From: Halotalea alkalilenta DSM 17697
GTDB taxonomy: Bacteria; Pseudomonadota; Gammaproteobacteria; Pseudomonadales; Halomonadaceae
DNA: 32,000 nt
Direction of reading: 5' to 3'
NCBI RefSeq assembly: GCF_000621205.1
Contig: NZ_JHYY01000021.1
Location: forward strand, 106,719-138,718
Notes under the pieces: model-generated
Told to the model about the DNA's origin: nothing
The model's database searches: none
What the model saw: the letters and a program-made list of their open reading frames with translations, nothing else
Shown here: one piece after another, positions 9,244 to 19,466 of the stretch
Numbering within the stretch: the stretch's first letter is position 1
How the letters are laid out: every line of letters starts with the position of its first letter
Program-made: the position numbers and the translations under genes

Positions 9244-10293
9244 TCAGGCCGTCGCGGTACGCCGCTGGGCGATCTGCCGGGCCATCCGCGCAGCGAGCAG
9301 GAGCGCCTCGCGGCTGGCACCGATATCGGCGCGGCCCTGGCCCGCGATGTCGTAGGCGGTACCGTGGGCAGGAGTGCAGATCGGGAAAGGCAGGCCGCCG
9401 AGCATGGTCACGCCGCTATCGAAGCCGAGCATCTTCATCGCGATCTGGCCTTGGTCGTGGTACATGGTCAGCACCGCGTGGTAGCCCTCCTTCAGCGCGC
9501 GCAGGAAAACGGTGTCGGCGGGGAACGGGCCCTCGACGTCCCAGCCGCGCGCCTTGGCCTCGAGCACCGCGGGCTCGATCACATCGATCTCCTCCATGCC
9601 GAAGCTGCCGCCATCGCCCGCATGGGGATTGAGTCCGGCAACGGCGATACGCGGCGTGGCATGGCCGGCATCGATCAGGCAGGCGTGGGTGAGCGCCAGT
9701 TCATCGAGGATCAGCGGGATGTCTATCGCAGCGGAAACCTCGGCGAGCGGGATGTGCGAGGTGACCCGGGCGTTCCAGACCTTCTCCAGGATGTTGAATT
9801 CGCGCGCGCGGCCGGAGAAGCCGATCGCCTCGGCGACGAAGCGGATTTCATCGTCGTAGCCCGGATTGGCATAGCGCATCGCTTTTTTGTTGAACGGCGT
9901 GAAACACACCGCATCGACCAGCCCTCGATGGGCCAGATCCAGCGCCTGGCGAAAATTGGCGGAGGCGAACTCCCCGCCTTCGAGGCTCGCGACGCCGCGC
10001 TCCACCTGCGAGGGATCAAGGTTTTTCAGGTCGATGAAGCGCACCGCCTCACTGCTCGGCGCTTCCGCTTCGGCCAGGGAGACCGTGCGCATGGCAGGCC
10101 TGACCCGTGCGACCTCGGCTCCCTGGTCGAATACCCGGCGGTCGCCGATGACGATCAGCCTGGCATGCTCCAGCACCACCGGGTCACTGGCGATACGCGC
10201 GGTGAGCTCGGGGCTTATTCCGCAGGGATCCCCCATCGCCAGTGCGATGACAGGACGATCCGCTGTCTCCTTTCCAAGCACGTGATCGTTCAT
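9244..10293 (-). CDS. PdxA-family NAD(P)-dependent hydroxy-acid dehydrogenase / oxidative decarboxylase (4-hydroxythreonine-4-phosphate dehydrogenase family)
   Basis: 349-aa ORF with PdxA-family motifs GDPCGI, GLNPHAGDGG, MYHDQG and TPAHGTAYDIAG. It is the first gene of the tct operon. Confidence 0.85.
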   Translation of the reverse strand: MNDHVLGKETADRPVIALAMGDPCGISPELTARIASDPVVLEHARLIVIGDRRVFDQGAEVARVRPAMRTVSLAEAEAPSSEAVRFIDLKNLDPSQVERGVASLEGGEFASANFRQALDLAHRGLVDAVCFTPFNKKAMRYANPGYDDEIRFVAEAIGFSGRAREFNILEKVWNARVTSHIPLAEVSAAIDIPLILDELALTHACLIDAGHATPRIAVAGLNPHAGDGGSFGMEEIDVIEPAVLEAKARGWDVEGPFPADTVFLRALKEGYHAVLTMYHDQGQIAMKMLGFDSGVTMLGGLPFPICTPAHGTAYDIAGQGRADIGASREALLLAARMARQIAQRRTATA

Positions 10294-10358
10294 TTTCTGA
10301 TCTCATCTCCGGTGGACGCGGGGGTCGCGTGGAATGAGATTGCGCCGGAAAATAAAAC

Positions 10359-10371
10359 GTATACATTATAC
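10359..10371. promoter_or_regulatory. Candidate GntR/FadR-type operator
   Basis: The sequence is GTATAcatTATAC, an inverted repeat with 5-bp arms. It also contains the self-complementary GTATAC and a TATACA direct repeat. It lies in an AT-rich patch of the divergent pdxA-family/gntR control region and fits the generic GT-Nx-AC core of GntR-family operators. Confidence 0.35.
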
Positions 10372-10571
10372 AAAGGTATTTTTTCTGGGCTGACAGCATC
10401 GCACTTAGGTCTTACGACTTACGCCAAACCATCGATCCAGCGTACGACGCAGTGTCGACGAATGGTTAGAATCAGCGATGCCTTAGCGCCTCAGAGAGGC
10501 GCGCGCGCCACGACACCACGACGCGCGCGCAGCGGCGTGGCAGGCTGGACCAGCCGGTGCATTCACTAGGG

Positions 10572-11246
10572 ATGAAGTCTATGACCCAGATCGGTTCCAT
10601 CTCTCGCAATACGCTGCACGACGCCATCACCGAGCGGATTCGCGACATGATCATCGAGGGTGAGCTGGTGCAGGGCGAGCGCATCTACGAAGGCCCTCTG
10701 TGCGAACAGCTCGGGGTCTCCCGCACTCCGCTTCGAGAAGCGCTGCGCTTTCTCGCCAGCGAAGGACTGGTCGAGCTGACGCCCAATCGCGGCGCCTCGG
10801 TGCGTCGTTTCAGCGCCCAGGACATCGAGGACATGCTGGTCGTGATTCGCGCGATGGAGGAGCTCGCCGGCAAAATAGCCTGCGAAAAGGCCAGCGATGC
10901 CGAGATCGCCGAGGTTCGCGCGCTCCATGAAGAGATGCTCGGCTACTATCGAAATCAGGATCGCCTGGCCTACTACAAGGCCAACCAGTCGATCCACAGT
11001 TCGATCGTGCGGCTTTCGCACAACGCCACGCTGGTGCACGCCCATGCCGGACTGCAGTCCCGGCTCAAGCGCATTCGCTTCATCGGCCACAGCGGTGCGG
11101 ACAAATGGGCAGCCGCAGTGGAAGAACACGAGCGGATGATCACCGCCCTGGAAGCGCGCGACGCGGATGGCTTGATCCAGGCGCTTGGCAGCCATCTGAC
11201 CAACGCTTGGCTACGGGTACAGGACAAGATTCAGGACGAGGCGTGA
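10572..11246 (+). CDS. GntR-family transcriptional regulator, FadR subfamily (FCD C-terminal domain)
   Basis: It has an N-terminal winged helix-turn-helix (LCEQLGVSRTPLREALRFLASEGLV) and an all-helical FCD-type C-terminal domain. The start is uncertain: GTG at 10557, ATG at 10572 or ATG at 10581. Confidence 0.85.
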   Translation: MKSMTQIGSISRNTLHDAITERIRDMIIEGELVQGERIYEGPLCEQLGVSRTPLREALRFLASEGLVELTPNRGASVRRFSAQDIEDMLVVIRAMEELAGKIACEKASDAEIAEVRALHEEMLGYYRNQDRLAYYKANQSIHSSIVRLSHNATLVHAHAGLQSRLKRIRFIGHSGADKWAAAVEEHERMITALEARDADGLIQALGSHLTNAWLRVQDKIQDEA

Positions 11247-11428
11247 GGTATCGGCGCTCTGGCCCGAACCTCCACCGACCGGCGAGACCAACGGCTCGTT
11301 TCGTCCGATCGAACCAGCCAAGATCGAAAAAAACGAATACAGCGTAGGAATCTAAACACTTCTCTTCACGCTGCGACGAGCTACCCTTGTTGCGTCGCAT
11401 ACCCACTTGCACGTCAGGAGAGAACACG

Positions 11429-12031
11429 ATGACCAAACTGCTGGTGCTCTACTATTCGATGTACGGCCACATCGAGACCATGGCCAATGCCGTTGCGGAA
11501 GGCGCAAGCAAGGTCGAGGGCGTCGAGGTCACGATCAAGCGCGTGCCGGAAACGATGCCGGCGGAAGCATTCGCCAATGCCGGCGGCAAGACCGACCAGC
11601 AAGCACCGCTGGCGACCCCCGCCGAACTCGCGGACTATGATGCGATCATCATCGGCACACCTACCCGCTTCGGCAACATGGCCGGGCAGATGCGTACCTT
11701 CCTCGACCAGACCGGTGGGCTCTGGGCCAGCGGCGCCCTACGTGGCAAGATCGCCAGCGTGTTCGCCTCCACCGGTACCGGCGGCGGCCAGGAGCAGACT
11801 ATCACCTCGACCTGGACCACCCTCGCCCACCACGGCATGGTGATCGTGCCGATCGGCTACGGCATTCCCGAAATGTTCGACATCTCCCAGGTGCGCGGCG
11901 GTACGCCCTATGGCGTGACGACCTTCGCCGGCGGTGACGGTTCCCGCCAGCCAAGCGCAGAGGAGCTGACGATCGCCCGCTTCCAGGGCGAGTACGTCGC
12001 CGGCATCGCCGCGAAGCTCACCCGCGCCTGA
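11429..12031 (+). CDS. wrbA: NAD(P)H:quinone oxidoreductase WrbA (flavodoxin-like)
   Basis: 200-aa protein beginning [19 protein letters not shown], with typical WrbA length and motifs. An AGGAGA ribosome-binding site lies at 11416-11421. The track ORF start at 11387 is an upstream extension. Confidence 0.9.
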   Translation: MTKLLVLYYSMYGHIETMANAVAEGASKVEGVEVTIKRVPETMPAEAFANAGGKTDQQAPLATPAELADYDAIIIGTPTRFGNMAGQMRTFLDQTGGLWASGALRGKIASVFASTGTGGGQEQTITSTWTTLAHHGMVIVPIGYGIPEMFDISQVRGGTPYGVTTFAGGDGSRQPSAEELTIARFQGEYVAGIAAKLTRA

Positions 12032-12052
12032 GACAAACGCCCCCAGGCTAAA

Positions 12053-13768
<1,716 letters not shown>

Positions 13769-13781
13769 GCGTAACGACGAA

Positions 13782-13815
13782 GAACGCCCGCGCTCCTTGC
13801 GGGGCGCGGGCGTTC
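13782..13815. terminator. Bidirectional terminator hairpin between the convergent ligB and peroxiredoxin genes
   Basis: Perfect 12-bp stem: GAACGCCCGCGC (13782-13793) pairs with GCGCGGGCGTTC (13804-13815). Confidence 0.7.
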
Positions 13816-13836
13816 GTGACCAGCTGCCGTCGAGGC

Positions 13837-14469
13837 TTACTTTTTCAGATCGACCAAGCGCAGGTAGGGCTTCTTCTCATCCCAACCCTGCGGGAAGAGT
13901 TTCTCGGCATCTTCGTTGCTGACCGAAGGTGCGATGATCACCTTGTCGCCTTCCTTCCAGTTCACCGGCGTCGCGACCTTCTCTTTGTCGGTCAGCTGGA
14001 GACTATCGAGGACCCGAAGGATCTCCTGGAAGTTACGCCCAGCGCTCGCCGGGTAGGTGAGGATCAGCCGCACCTTCTTGTTCGGATCGATGATGAATAC
14101 CGAACGCACGGTGAGGGTGTCGTTGGCATTCGGGTGAATCATGTCGTAAAGCGAAGCGACCTTGCGGTCATCATCGGCAAGCAGCGGAAAGTTGAGCCCG
14201 TAGCCCTGGGTCTCTTCGATGTCTCCCTTCCAGCGCTCGTGCTCCTCGAGGCCGTCCACCGACAGGCCGATCGCCTTGGTATTGCGCTTGTCGAATTCAG
14301 GCTTCAGCCGTGAGACCTCGCCCAGCTCGGTGGTGCACACCGGGGTGAAGTCCTTCGGGTGGGAAAACAGGATCGCCCAGCTATCGCCGAGCCACTGGTG
14401 GAAGCTGATATCGCCGGCGGTGCTCCGCTGGGTGAAATCTGGGGCGGTATCGCCGAGACGCAATGTCAT
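13837..14469 (-). CDS. 1-Cys peroxiredoxin (Prx6 / LsfA-like)
   Basis: The peroxidatic motif FTPVCTTE is present. The sequence is closely collinear with Pseudomonas LsfA as I remember it (LTVRSVFIIDPNKKVRLILTYPASAGRNF). I chose the ATG at 14469 because AGGAG lies 8 nt upstream. The track start at 14478 is a GTG that overlaps that ribosome-binding site. Confidence 0.92.
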   Translation of the reverse strand: MTLRLGDTAPDFTQRSTAGDISFHQWLGDSWAILFSHPKDFTPVCTTELGEVSRLKPEFDKRNTKAIGLSVDGLEEHERWKGDIEETQGYGLNFPLLADDDRKVASLYDMIHPNANDTLTVRSVFIIDPNKKVRLILTYPASAGRNFQEILRVLDSLQLTDKEKVATPVNWKEGDKVIIAPSVSNEDAEKLFPQGWDEKKPYLRLVDLKK

Positions 14470-14813
14470 TATCTTCACTCCTCACGTCGATGATTGCTTG
14501 GCTAATCGATCGCGGCTCGCGGCGCGGTCGATGAAATCGCTTGGCCCCTCGGGCATCAGGACCACTCAGGGTCGCCCTGGGTACGAGGCCATATGTTGCG
14601 ACTTTGTCATTGCACTGCAAAACAACGAGTTCGCCTAAGGTAATGCTCACCAGCATAGACCATGCGATCGAACGATCGGCGAAAACCCCGCCACACCGCA
14701 TGCGTCGGGCGCTGGCTGCGGAAAAACCGCGCCATCGCGCTCGGCGAGCGGCTGGACGACGAAGCTCAAGGGGAGTGTGATACTAAGACTATATAAAGGA
14801 GAGAGCGCGCCAC

Positions 14814-15107
14814 TCAGCAGTAGCGAACGACGGCACGCTTGCTGTCGGGCACCACAACGGTATCGCCCTTGTTCAGCAGCAGCTGAGCATCGTTTTCTGC
14901 GCCATCGGCGTCCACACCGATCACCTCGGCGATGGAGTTCTTGTCGCCATCACGGTCGAGCACGCGCAGGCGAACGTTGGCGCCATGATAACGCGCGGTG
15001 ATGATACAGCCGGTCTTCGGCTGCTTGCGGCTCATGCGGCGCGGTTCGTTATATCCGGTCACGCTGTCTTTGAATGGAATGTCCCATTCGATCTTACGTG
15101 CATCCAT
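14814..15107 (-). CDS. Hypothetical protein (97 aa), no family recognised
   Basis: Clean ATG ORF with a GAGGG ribosome-binding site 9 nt upstream. No competing ORF is convincing. Its GC content is somewhat lower than that of its neighbours. Confidence 0.55.
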   Translation of the reverse strand: MDARKIEWDIPFKDSVTGYNEPRRMSRKQPKTGCIITARYHGANVRLRVLDRDGDKNSIAEVIGVDADGAENDAQLLLNKGDTVVVPDSKRAVVRYC

Positions 15108-15314
15108 CTTACTCAGCCCTCGCTGAACGTCTGGTCACGGTGGTCTTTCCGATCATTCGATGCGGGATTCACGCCCCGGTCATCGGCCTGTCAAATTTGG
15201 ATTGCGAAGATACTCCTAGGAATCGAAGGGTTCTACGATTCAATCCAGCCTCATACCGAATCGGCATGACCTAATCACCCAGGGCATCACCGCTCATCAA
15301 CCAACCGAATATTA

Positions 15315-15333
15315 CGAAAGTCGCCAGCTTTCG
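15315..15333 (-). terminator. Weak candidate terminator downstream of the epimerase-family gene
   Basis: CGAAAG pairs with CTTTCG in a 6-bp stem with a 7-nt loop. On the minus strand the hairpin is followed by TAATATT. Confidence 0.25.
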
Positions 15334-15375
15334 AAGCGATCGATTCGCTCCGCGTTTCGCAACTTTTGCCGAACA

Positions 15376-16350
15376 TTACGCCAACGCCTCCAAGCTTAGC
15401 CGCGCCCCGAAGCTGCGACGCCCCCCGGGTGCAAGGCGCAGCGCCGCAGCGAACTCGTCGCGATTGAAGGAGTCGGGAGGAAACTCGGTCGGCTCGATCG
15501 CGATCGACTGGCGCCGACGTGCCCCCAGGGAGTCTCCGGTATAGAGCTGCACCGCGCCGCTCGGCTGGGCGAGGACCACGGCAAGCCCGCAGTCAGGGGC
15601 CTCGAGCCTGGTACGCAGCCAGCCGTCGGCATCAGGCTCGAGATCGTAGAAGCAGTCATCGAGCGCCCGGCCAGCCAGCGCAAGCTTCGTTTCGTCGCAA
15701 ACCGCATAGGCCTCGTCACCCGGCAGCGGAATCCGGCGCGCATCGCAAATCACCCGTCGACAGGCGGGCAGGCGCACCTGGCAGGCGTCGAGATCACCCC
15801 CAGGAGGCAGCAGGTAAGGGTGCCAACCACAGCCGAAGGGCGCGTCCAACCGCCCCAGGTTGCGCGCTTCGAAACTCCAGGAAAGTCCCTTCCGATCGAC
15901 TGAAAACGAGGTCAAGCAAATGATTTCGAAGGGATATCCACTGAGCGCACGAGGCGTTATCCGGGTTTCGAATACCAATTCAGCATGATCCGGCTCGAGC
16001 ACCGCGTCACGCAGCCGCCAATCGAGCCCGCGCACCACCCCGTGCATCGCATGGCCCTCGCCCTCGACCACCGGCAAGCGCAAGAGATCTCCATCGAAGC
16101 GATAGCGACCATCGTTGATACGATTACTGAACGGTGCCATCAGCGCACTGCGCGCTGCATCGAGGGTGGCCAGCTCGGCGCCCTCACGGTAGCCATCGAT
16201 CAGTTCGACCAGTCTCCCATCGGGTGCGCGAGCGTTGGCGCAGAGCAGCGTCGCCCCACGCAGCGCGACGCGCATGCGGCATGCTCCCTCCTCGACCACC
16301 TCGACGACCGGCCACTGCTGCAATTGATCATGGCGCAGTTCGAATCCCAT
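15376..16350 (-). CDS. Aldose 1-epimerase (galactose mutarotase-like) family protein
   Basis: 324-aa ORF with family-typical features, including the GWHPY motif. I chose the ATG at 16350 because AGGAG lies upstream. The track start at 16419 is an extension. Confidence 0.75.
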   Translation of the reverse strand: MGFELRHDQLQQWPVVEVVEEGACRMRVALRGATLLCANARAPDGRLVELIDGYREGAELATLDAARSALMAPFSNRINDGRYRFDGDLLRLPVVEGEGHAMHGVVRGLDWRLRDAVLEPDHAELVFETRITPRALSGYPFEIICLTSFSVDRKGLSWSFEARNLGRLDAPFGCGWHPYLLPPGGDLDACQVRLPACRRVICDARRIPLPGDEAYAVCDETKLALAGRALDDCFYDLEPDADGWLRTRLEAPDCGLAVVLAQPSGAVQLYTGDSLGARRRQSIAIEPTEFPPDSFNRDEFAAALRLAPGGRRSFGARLSLEALA

Positions 16351-16457
16351 GCTTCGCTCCTGAATCGGGCGGCGCCGGACATGCCCGGCGCTGCATATCG
16401 GTAGCTGTGTCGATAACAAAGAGCATAGCCACGATCCCCCGGAAGGCGAGCATCGTC

Positions 16458-16991
16458 TCAGCCGCCGAGCTCTGCGCTGAGCGAAGGCTGGACGATCTCG
16501 ATCAAGTAGCCATCGGGGTCCTTGATGAAGGCGACGTCCTTCATCTTGCCCTGTTCCGGGCGTTTGGTGAACTCGACCCCTTGCTCATCGAACCAGGCCA
16601 CCGCAGCGATGAGATCCGGCACCGCGATGCAGATATGGCCATAGCCCTGTGGTTCGCTATTGCCGTTGTGGTAGCCGAACCCTGGATCCTCCTCGGTACC
16701 CCAGTTGTGGGTCAGCTCGAGCAGCCCCCGGCGCGAGAAGGTCCAGACGCTGCGCTCCCCGGCATCCTCGGGCGCGATCTCGTCATCATCGAGGTGATCG
16801 AGAAAATAGAGCGTGAAACGCATCTCGGGGAAATCGAGCTTACGCAACAGCCGCATACCGAGTATCCCGGTGTAGAAAGCGAGCGCCCGCTCGGGATCCT
16901 TGATCCGCACCATCGAGTGATTGAGCGTGAACCCGCGGGTCCGCGAGGGGACGTGTTCGACCACGCCCGGGGCCTGTTCGGTGAAGCTCAT
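16458..16991 (-). CDS. gloA: Lactoylglutathione lyase (glyoxalase I), long eukaryote-like/GloA3-type
   Basis: 177-aa protein beginning MSFTEQ. VOC-fold motifs are present (TMVRIKDP-like NHSMVRIKDP, ELTHNWGTE, GYGHICIAV, FIKDPDGYLIEIV). The 96-codon upstream extension in the track is Arg/Ser-rich and overlaps the divergent gene. Confidence 0.9.
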   Translation of the reverse strand: MSFTEQAPGVVEHVPSRTRGFTLNHSMVRIKDPERALAFYTGILGMRLLRKLDFPEMRFTLYFLDHLDDDEIAPEDAGERSVWTFSRRGLLELTHNWGTEEDPGFGYHNGNSEPQGYGHICIAVPDLIAAVAWFDEQGVEFTKRPEQGKMKDVAFIKDPDGYLIEIVQPSLSAELGG

Positions 16992-17121
16992 TCGATATCT
17001 TCCTCTGGTTCGATCGATCCGTGGCGGGGAGATGGCGACGCTGGCCGAGCGAATCAAGGCTCGACGCTCTCGAGCGCTGCAACGATACTGGTGCGCGACC
17101 GCCAAAGGCCTGGAGCCCCCC

Positions 17122-17607
17122 ATGCGTCGATCGCCTCTTCCACTTTGCTTGATCGTGCTGCTCGCCCTGCTCGCTGGCTGTGCCGGACGCCCACCGCTCG
17201 AGACCAGCGACCGTGGACTGGACAGCGCGGATGGAATCAGCATCGAACGTGCGCTGATCATCGCCACCGCCAAGAGCAACCTGGGGGTACCCTATCGCTG
17301 GGGCGGCAACGACCCCGCCCAAGGGCTCGACTGCAGCGGGCTGAGCGAACTCAGCTACCGCGCCGCCGGCTTCTCGCTGCCGCGGATCACCAACGATCAG
17401 TTCCAAGCGATCCCCAAGACCGCTGTGGCCCGCCCCGGCGATCTTCTGTTCTTCGGTGCCGGCTCCCGCGCCACCCATGTCGGCATCTACCTCGGCAACC
17501 AGCAGATGATCCACGCCCCCGGCAGCGGCCGCAGGGTCGAGCTGGCCAATCTTTCGGTGCGCTACTGGCAGGACAACTACCTCGGCGCAGGCTCGCTGGC
17601 GCCCTGA
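17122..17607 (+). CDS. NlpC/P60-family peptidoglycan endopeptidase lipoprotein
   Basis: A lipobox (LLAGC) follows a signal peptide. The catalytic motif DCSGL and a downstream His (THVGIY) are typical of NlpC/P60. I chose the ATG at 17122, which has an upstream GGAG. Confidence 0.85.
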   Translation: MRRSPLPLCLIVLLALLAGCAGRPPLETSDRGLDSADGISIERALIIATAKSNLGVPYRWGGNDPAQGLDCSGLSELSYRAAGFSLPRITNDQFQAIPKTAVARPGDLLFFGAGSRATHVGIYLGNQQMIHAPGSGRRVELANLSVRYWQDNYLGAGSLAP

Positions 17608-17949
17608 GCCTAGCCGCCCCTCATCGACCAGCCTGCGATCGTGAATCGCGACGGCCAGAAAACTCACTCGCCCTGCGCACGCTCGATGAGCGGCTCCTGC
17701 CACGCCACTGTCGACATAAAAGACCGCGAAGTAGGAAACTTACCTGGTGAGCAGCGCGGAACGGGCACTCCATCGGATCGCAGTGTGGAATAATACCCAA
17801 AGCCGACGCGAACGACTCCCATCTGCGCGCATGATTGTCTACAATAGCAGCCGCATCTCTCATTCGATCGGCCAGCCCGTTCGGGCTGGCCTGGAGGTCG
17901 GGGCGCTCGCCGCCGACGCTCGCTCAGCCACGTCAGACAGGAATCCGCA

Positions 17950-18960
17950 ATGACCCAGACGATCGCAGTGATTCGCGGCGACGGTATCGGCCCCGAAATC
18001 ATGGACGCCACCCTGCAGGTGCTCGACAGCCTCGACGTCGGCCTCGACTACGAGTTCGTCGAAGCCGGTACCGGCGCACTCGAGTCGCAGGGCGAACTGC
18101 TGCCCCAAGCGACGCTCGAGTCGATCAGGAAGCACAAGGTGGCGCTGAAAAGCCCGCTGATGACGCCCGTGGGCGGCGGTTTCTCCTCGATCAACGTCCA
18201 GCTGCGGCGGATCTTCGATCTCTACGCCAACGTGCGTCCGGCGATCAGCTTCCCCAACACCAAGTCGCGCTACAGCAACATCGACATGATCACCGTGCGC
18301 GAGAACACCGAGGGTGCCTATCGCTCCGAGGGCCAGACGCTCTCCGAAGACGGCGAGATCGCCAAGTCCGAGATCCAGGTCACCCGCAAGGGCTCGGAGC
18401 GGATCGCCCGCTACGCCTATGAGCTGGCGAAGAGCACAGGGCGCAAGAAAGTGACCATCGTGCACAAGGCGAACATCATCAAGACCGCCTCAGGGCTGTT
18501 CCTCGAGACCGCGCGCAAGGTCGCCGAGGAGTATCCAGAGATCGAGACCCAGGAGATGATCGTCGACAACGCCTGCATGCAGCTGGTGATGCGCCCCGAG
18601 CAGTTCGACGTGGTGGTCACCACCAATCTGTTCGGCGACATCATGTCGGATCTTTGCGCGGGTCTGGTCGGCGGCCTCGGCCTCGCCCCGGGCGCCAACA
18701 TCGGCGAAGAGGCGGCGATCTTCGAAGCAGTCCACGGCTCGGCGCCGGACATCGCGGGCAAAGGCCTGGCCAACCCCTGTGCACTGCTGCTCGCAGCCGC
18801 ACAGATGCTCGACCATCTCGGCAAGCAGGACAAAGCCGAGCGGCTGCGCGCGGCGATCATCGCCACCCTCGAAGCCAAGGACAGCCTCACCCCCGATCTC
18901 GGCGGCAGCGGCACCACCTCGAGCTTCGCCGCCGCGATCGCCAAGCGCGTCGCCGCTTGA
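17950..18960 (+). CDS. icd: Isocitrate dehydrogenase, small NAD-dependent type (isocitrate/isopropylmalate dehydrogenase family)
   Basis: 336-aa ORF. The motifs IRGDGIGPEI, LYANVRP, VRENTEG and NLFGDIMSD are present. It resembles the mitochondrial IDH3-like subfamily, judged from my memory of those sequences. Confidence 0.8.
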   Translation: MTQTIAVIRGDGIGPEIMDATLQVLDSLDVGLDYEFVEAGTGALESQGELLPQATLESIRKHKVALKSPLMTPVGGGFSSINVQLRRIFDLYANVRPAISFPNTKSRYSNIDMITVRENTEGAYRSEGQTLSEDGEIAKSEIQVTRKGSERIARYAYELAKSTGRKKVTIVHKANIIKTASGLFLETARKVAEEYPEIETQEMIVDNACMQLVMRPEQFDVVVTTNLFGDIMSDLCAGLVGGLGLAPGANIGEEAAIFEAVHGSAPDIAGKGLANPCALLLAAAQMLDHLGKQDKAERLRAAIIATLEAKDSLTPDLGGSGTTSSFAAAIAKRVAA

Positions 18961-18985
18961 TCCACGCCAGCGCATGACGCACGAC

Positions 18986-19007
18986 GGGCGGGGAGCGCTC
19001 TCCGCCC
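18986..19007 (+). terminator. Candidate terminator hairpin after icd
   Basis: GGGCGGGGA pairs with TCTCCGCCC in a 9-bp stem with one G-U pair and a GCGC loop. There is no clear U-tract. Confidence 0.4.
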
Positions 19008-19090
19008 ACCGTGCCTGCACGGGACGTATCGCTTAGACCTTCGATCTGAGCGACACTCGGAAGACCACTCCCTTCGGACCCGTGCACCAG

Positions 19091-19420
19091 ATGACCTATC
19101 TTTACCTGCTCATCGCGGTAACCCTCGAGGTGATCGCGACATCCGCGCTGCAAGCCTCGCAGCAATTCACTCGCCCCGTGCCGGTGGCACTGATGGTGGC
19201 CGGCTATGCCGGCGCGTTCTATTTTCTCTCGCTGACCCTGCGCGTCCTGCCGGTGGGCATCGCCTACGCATTGTGGAGCGGTATCGGGATCGTGCTGATC
19301 AGCCTGGTCGGTGTGTTCTGGTTCCGTCAGACCCTCGATGCGCCTGCGATGATCGGCCTCGGCCTGATCATCGCAGGGGTCGCGGTGGTCAATCTGTTTT
19401 CCCGTACGATCAGCCACTGA
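19091..19420 (+). CDS. SMR-family small multidrug efflux protein (EmrE/QacE-like)
   Basis: Protein of about 109 aa with 4 transmembrane segments. The conserved membrane-embedded Glu lies in TM1 (TLEVIATS). The motif AYALWSGIG is present. The start is either ATG 19091 or GTG 19082. Confidence 0.85.
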   Translation: MTYLYLLIAVTLEVIATSALQASQQFTRPVPVALMVAGYAGAFYFLSLTLRVLPVGIAYALWSGIGIVLISLVGVFWFRQTLDAPAMIGLGLIIAGVAVVNLFSRTISH

Positions 19421-19466
19421 TGCAGCTCGGCAGTTCGACACCGGACGTTCAAGACAGGAGCCCAAG

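Noticed and set aside
9211-10569. 452-aa (+) ORF
   Set aside because: It is antisense to the PdxA-family gene, which carries strong family motifs. It also runs through the AT-rich divergent promoter region, and no homology was recognised.
16134-17750. 538-aa (+) ORF, the 287-aa (-) ORF at 16840-17703, and the 96-codon N-terminal extension of gloA (16992-17279)
   Set aside because: They cross gene boundaries (epimerase, gloA and the NlpC/P60 gene) in the wrong frames. The real genes have good ribosome-binding sites at 16350, 16991 and 17122 and have recognisable domains. The extensions are Arg/Ser/Pro-rich.
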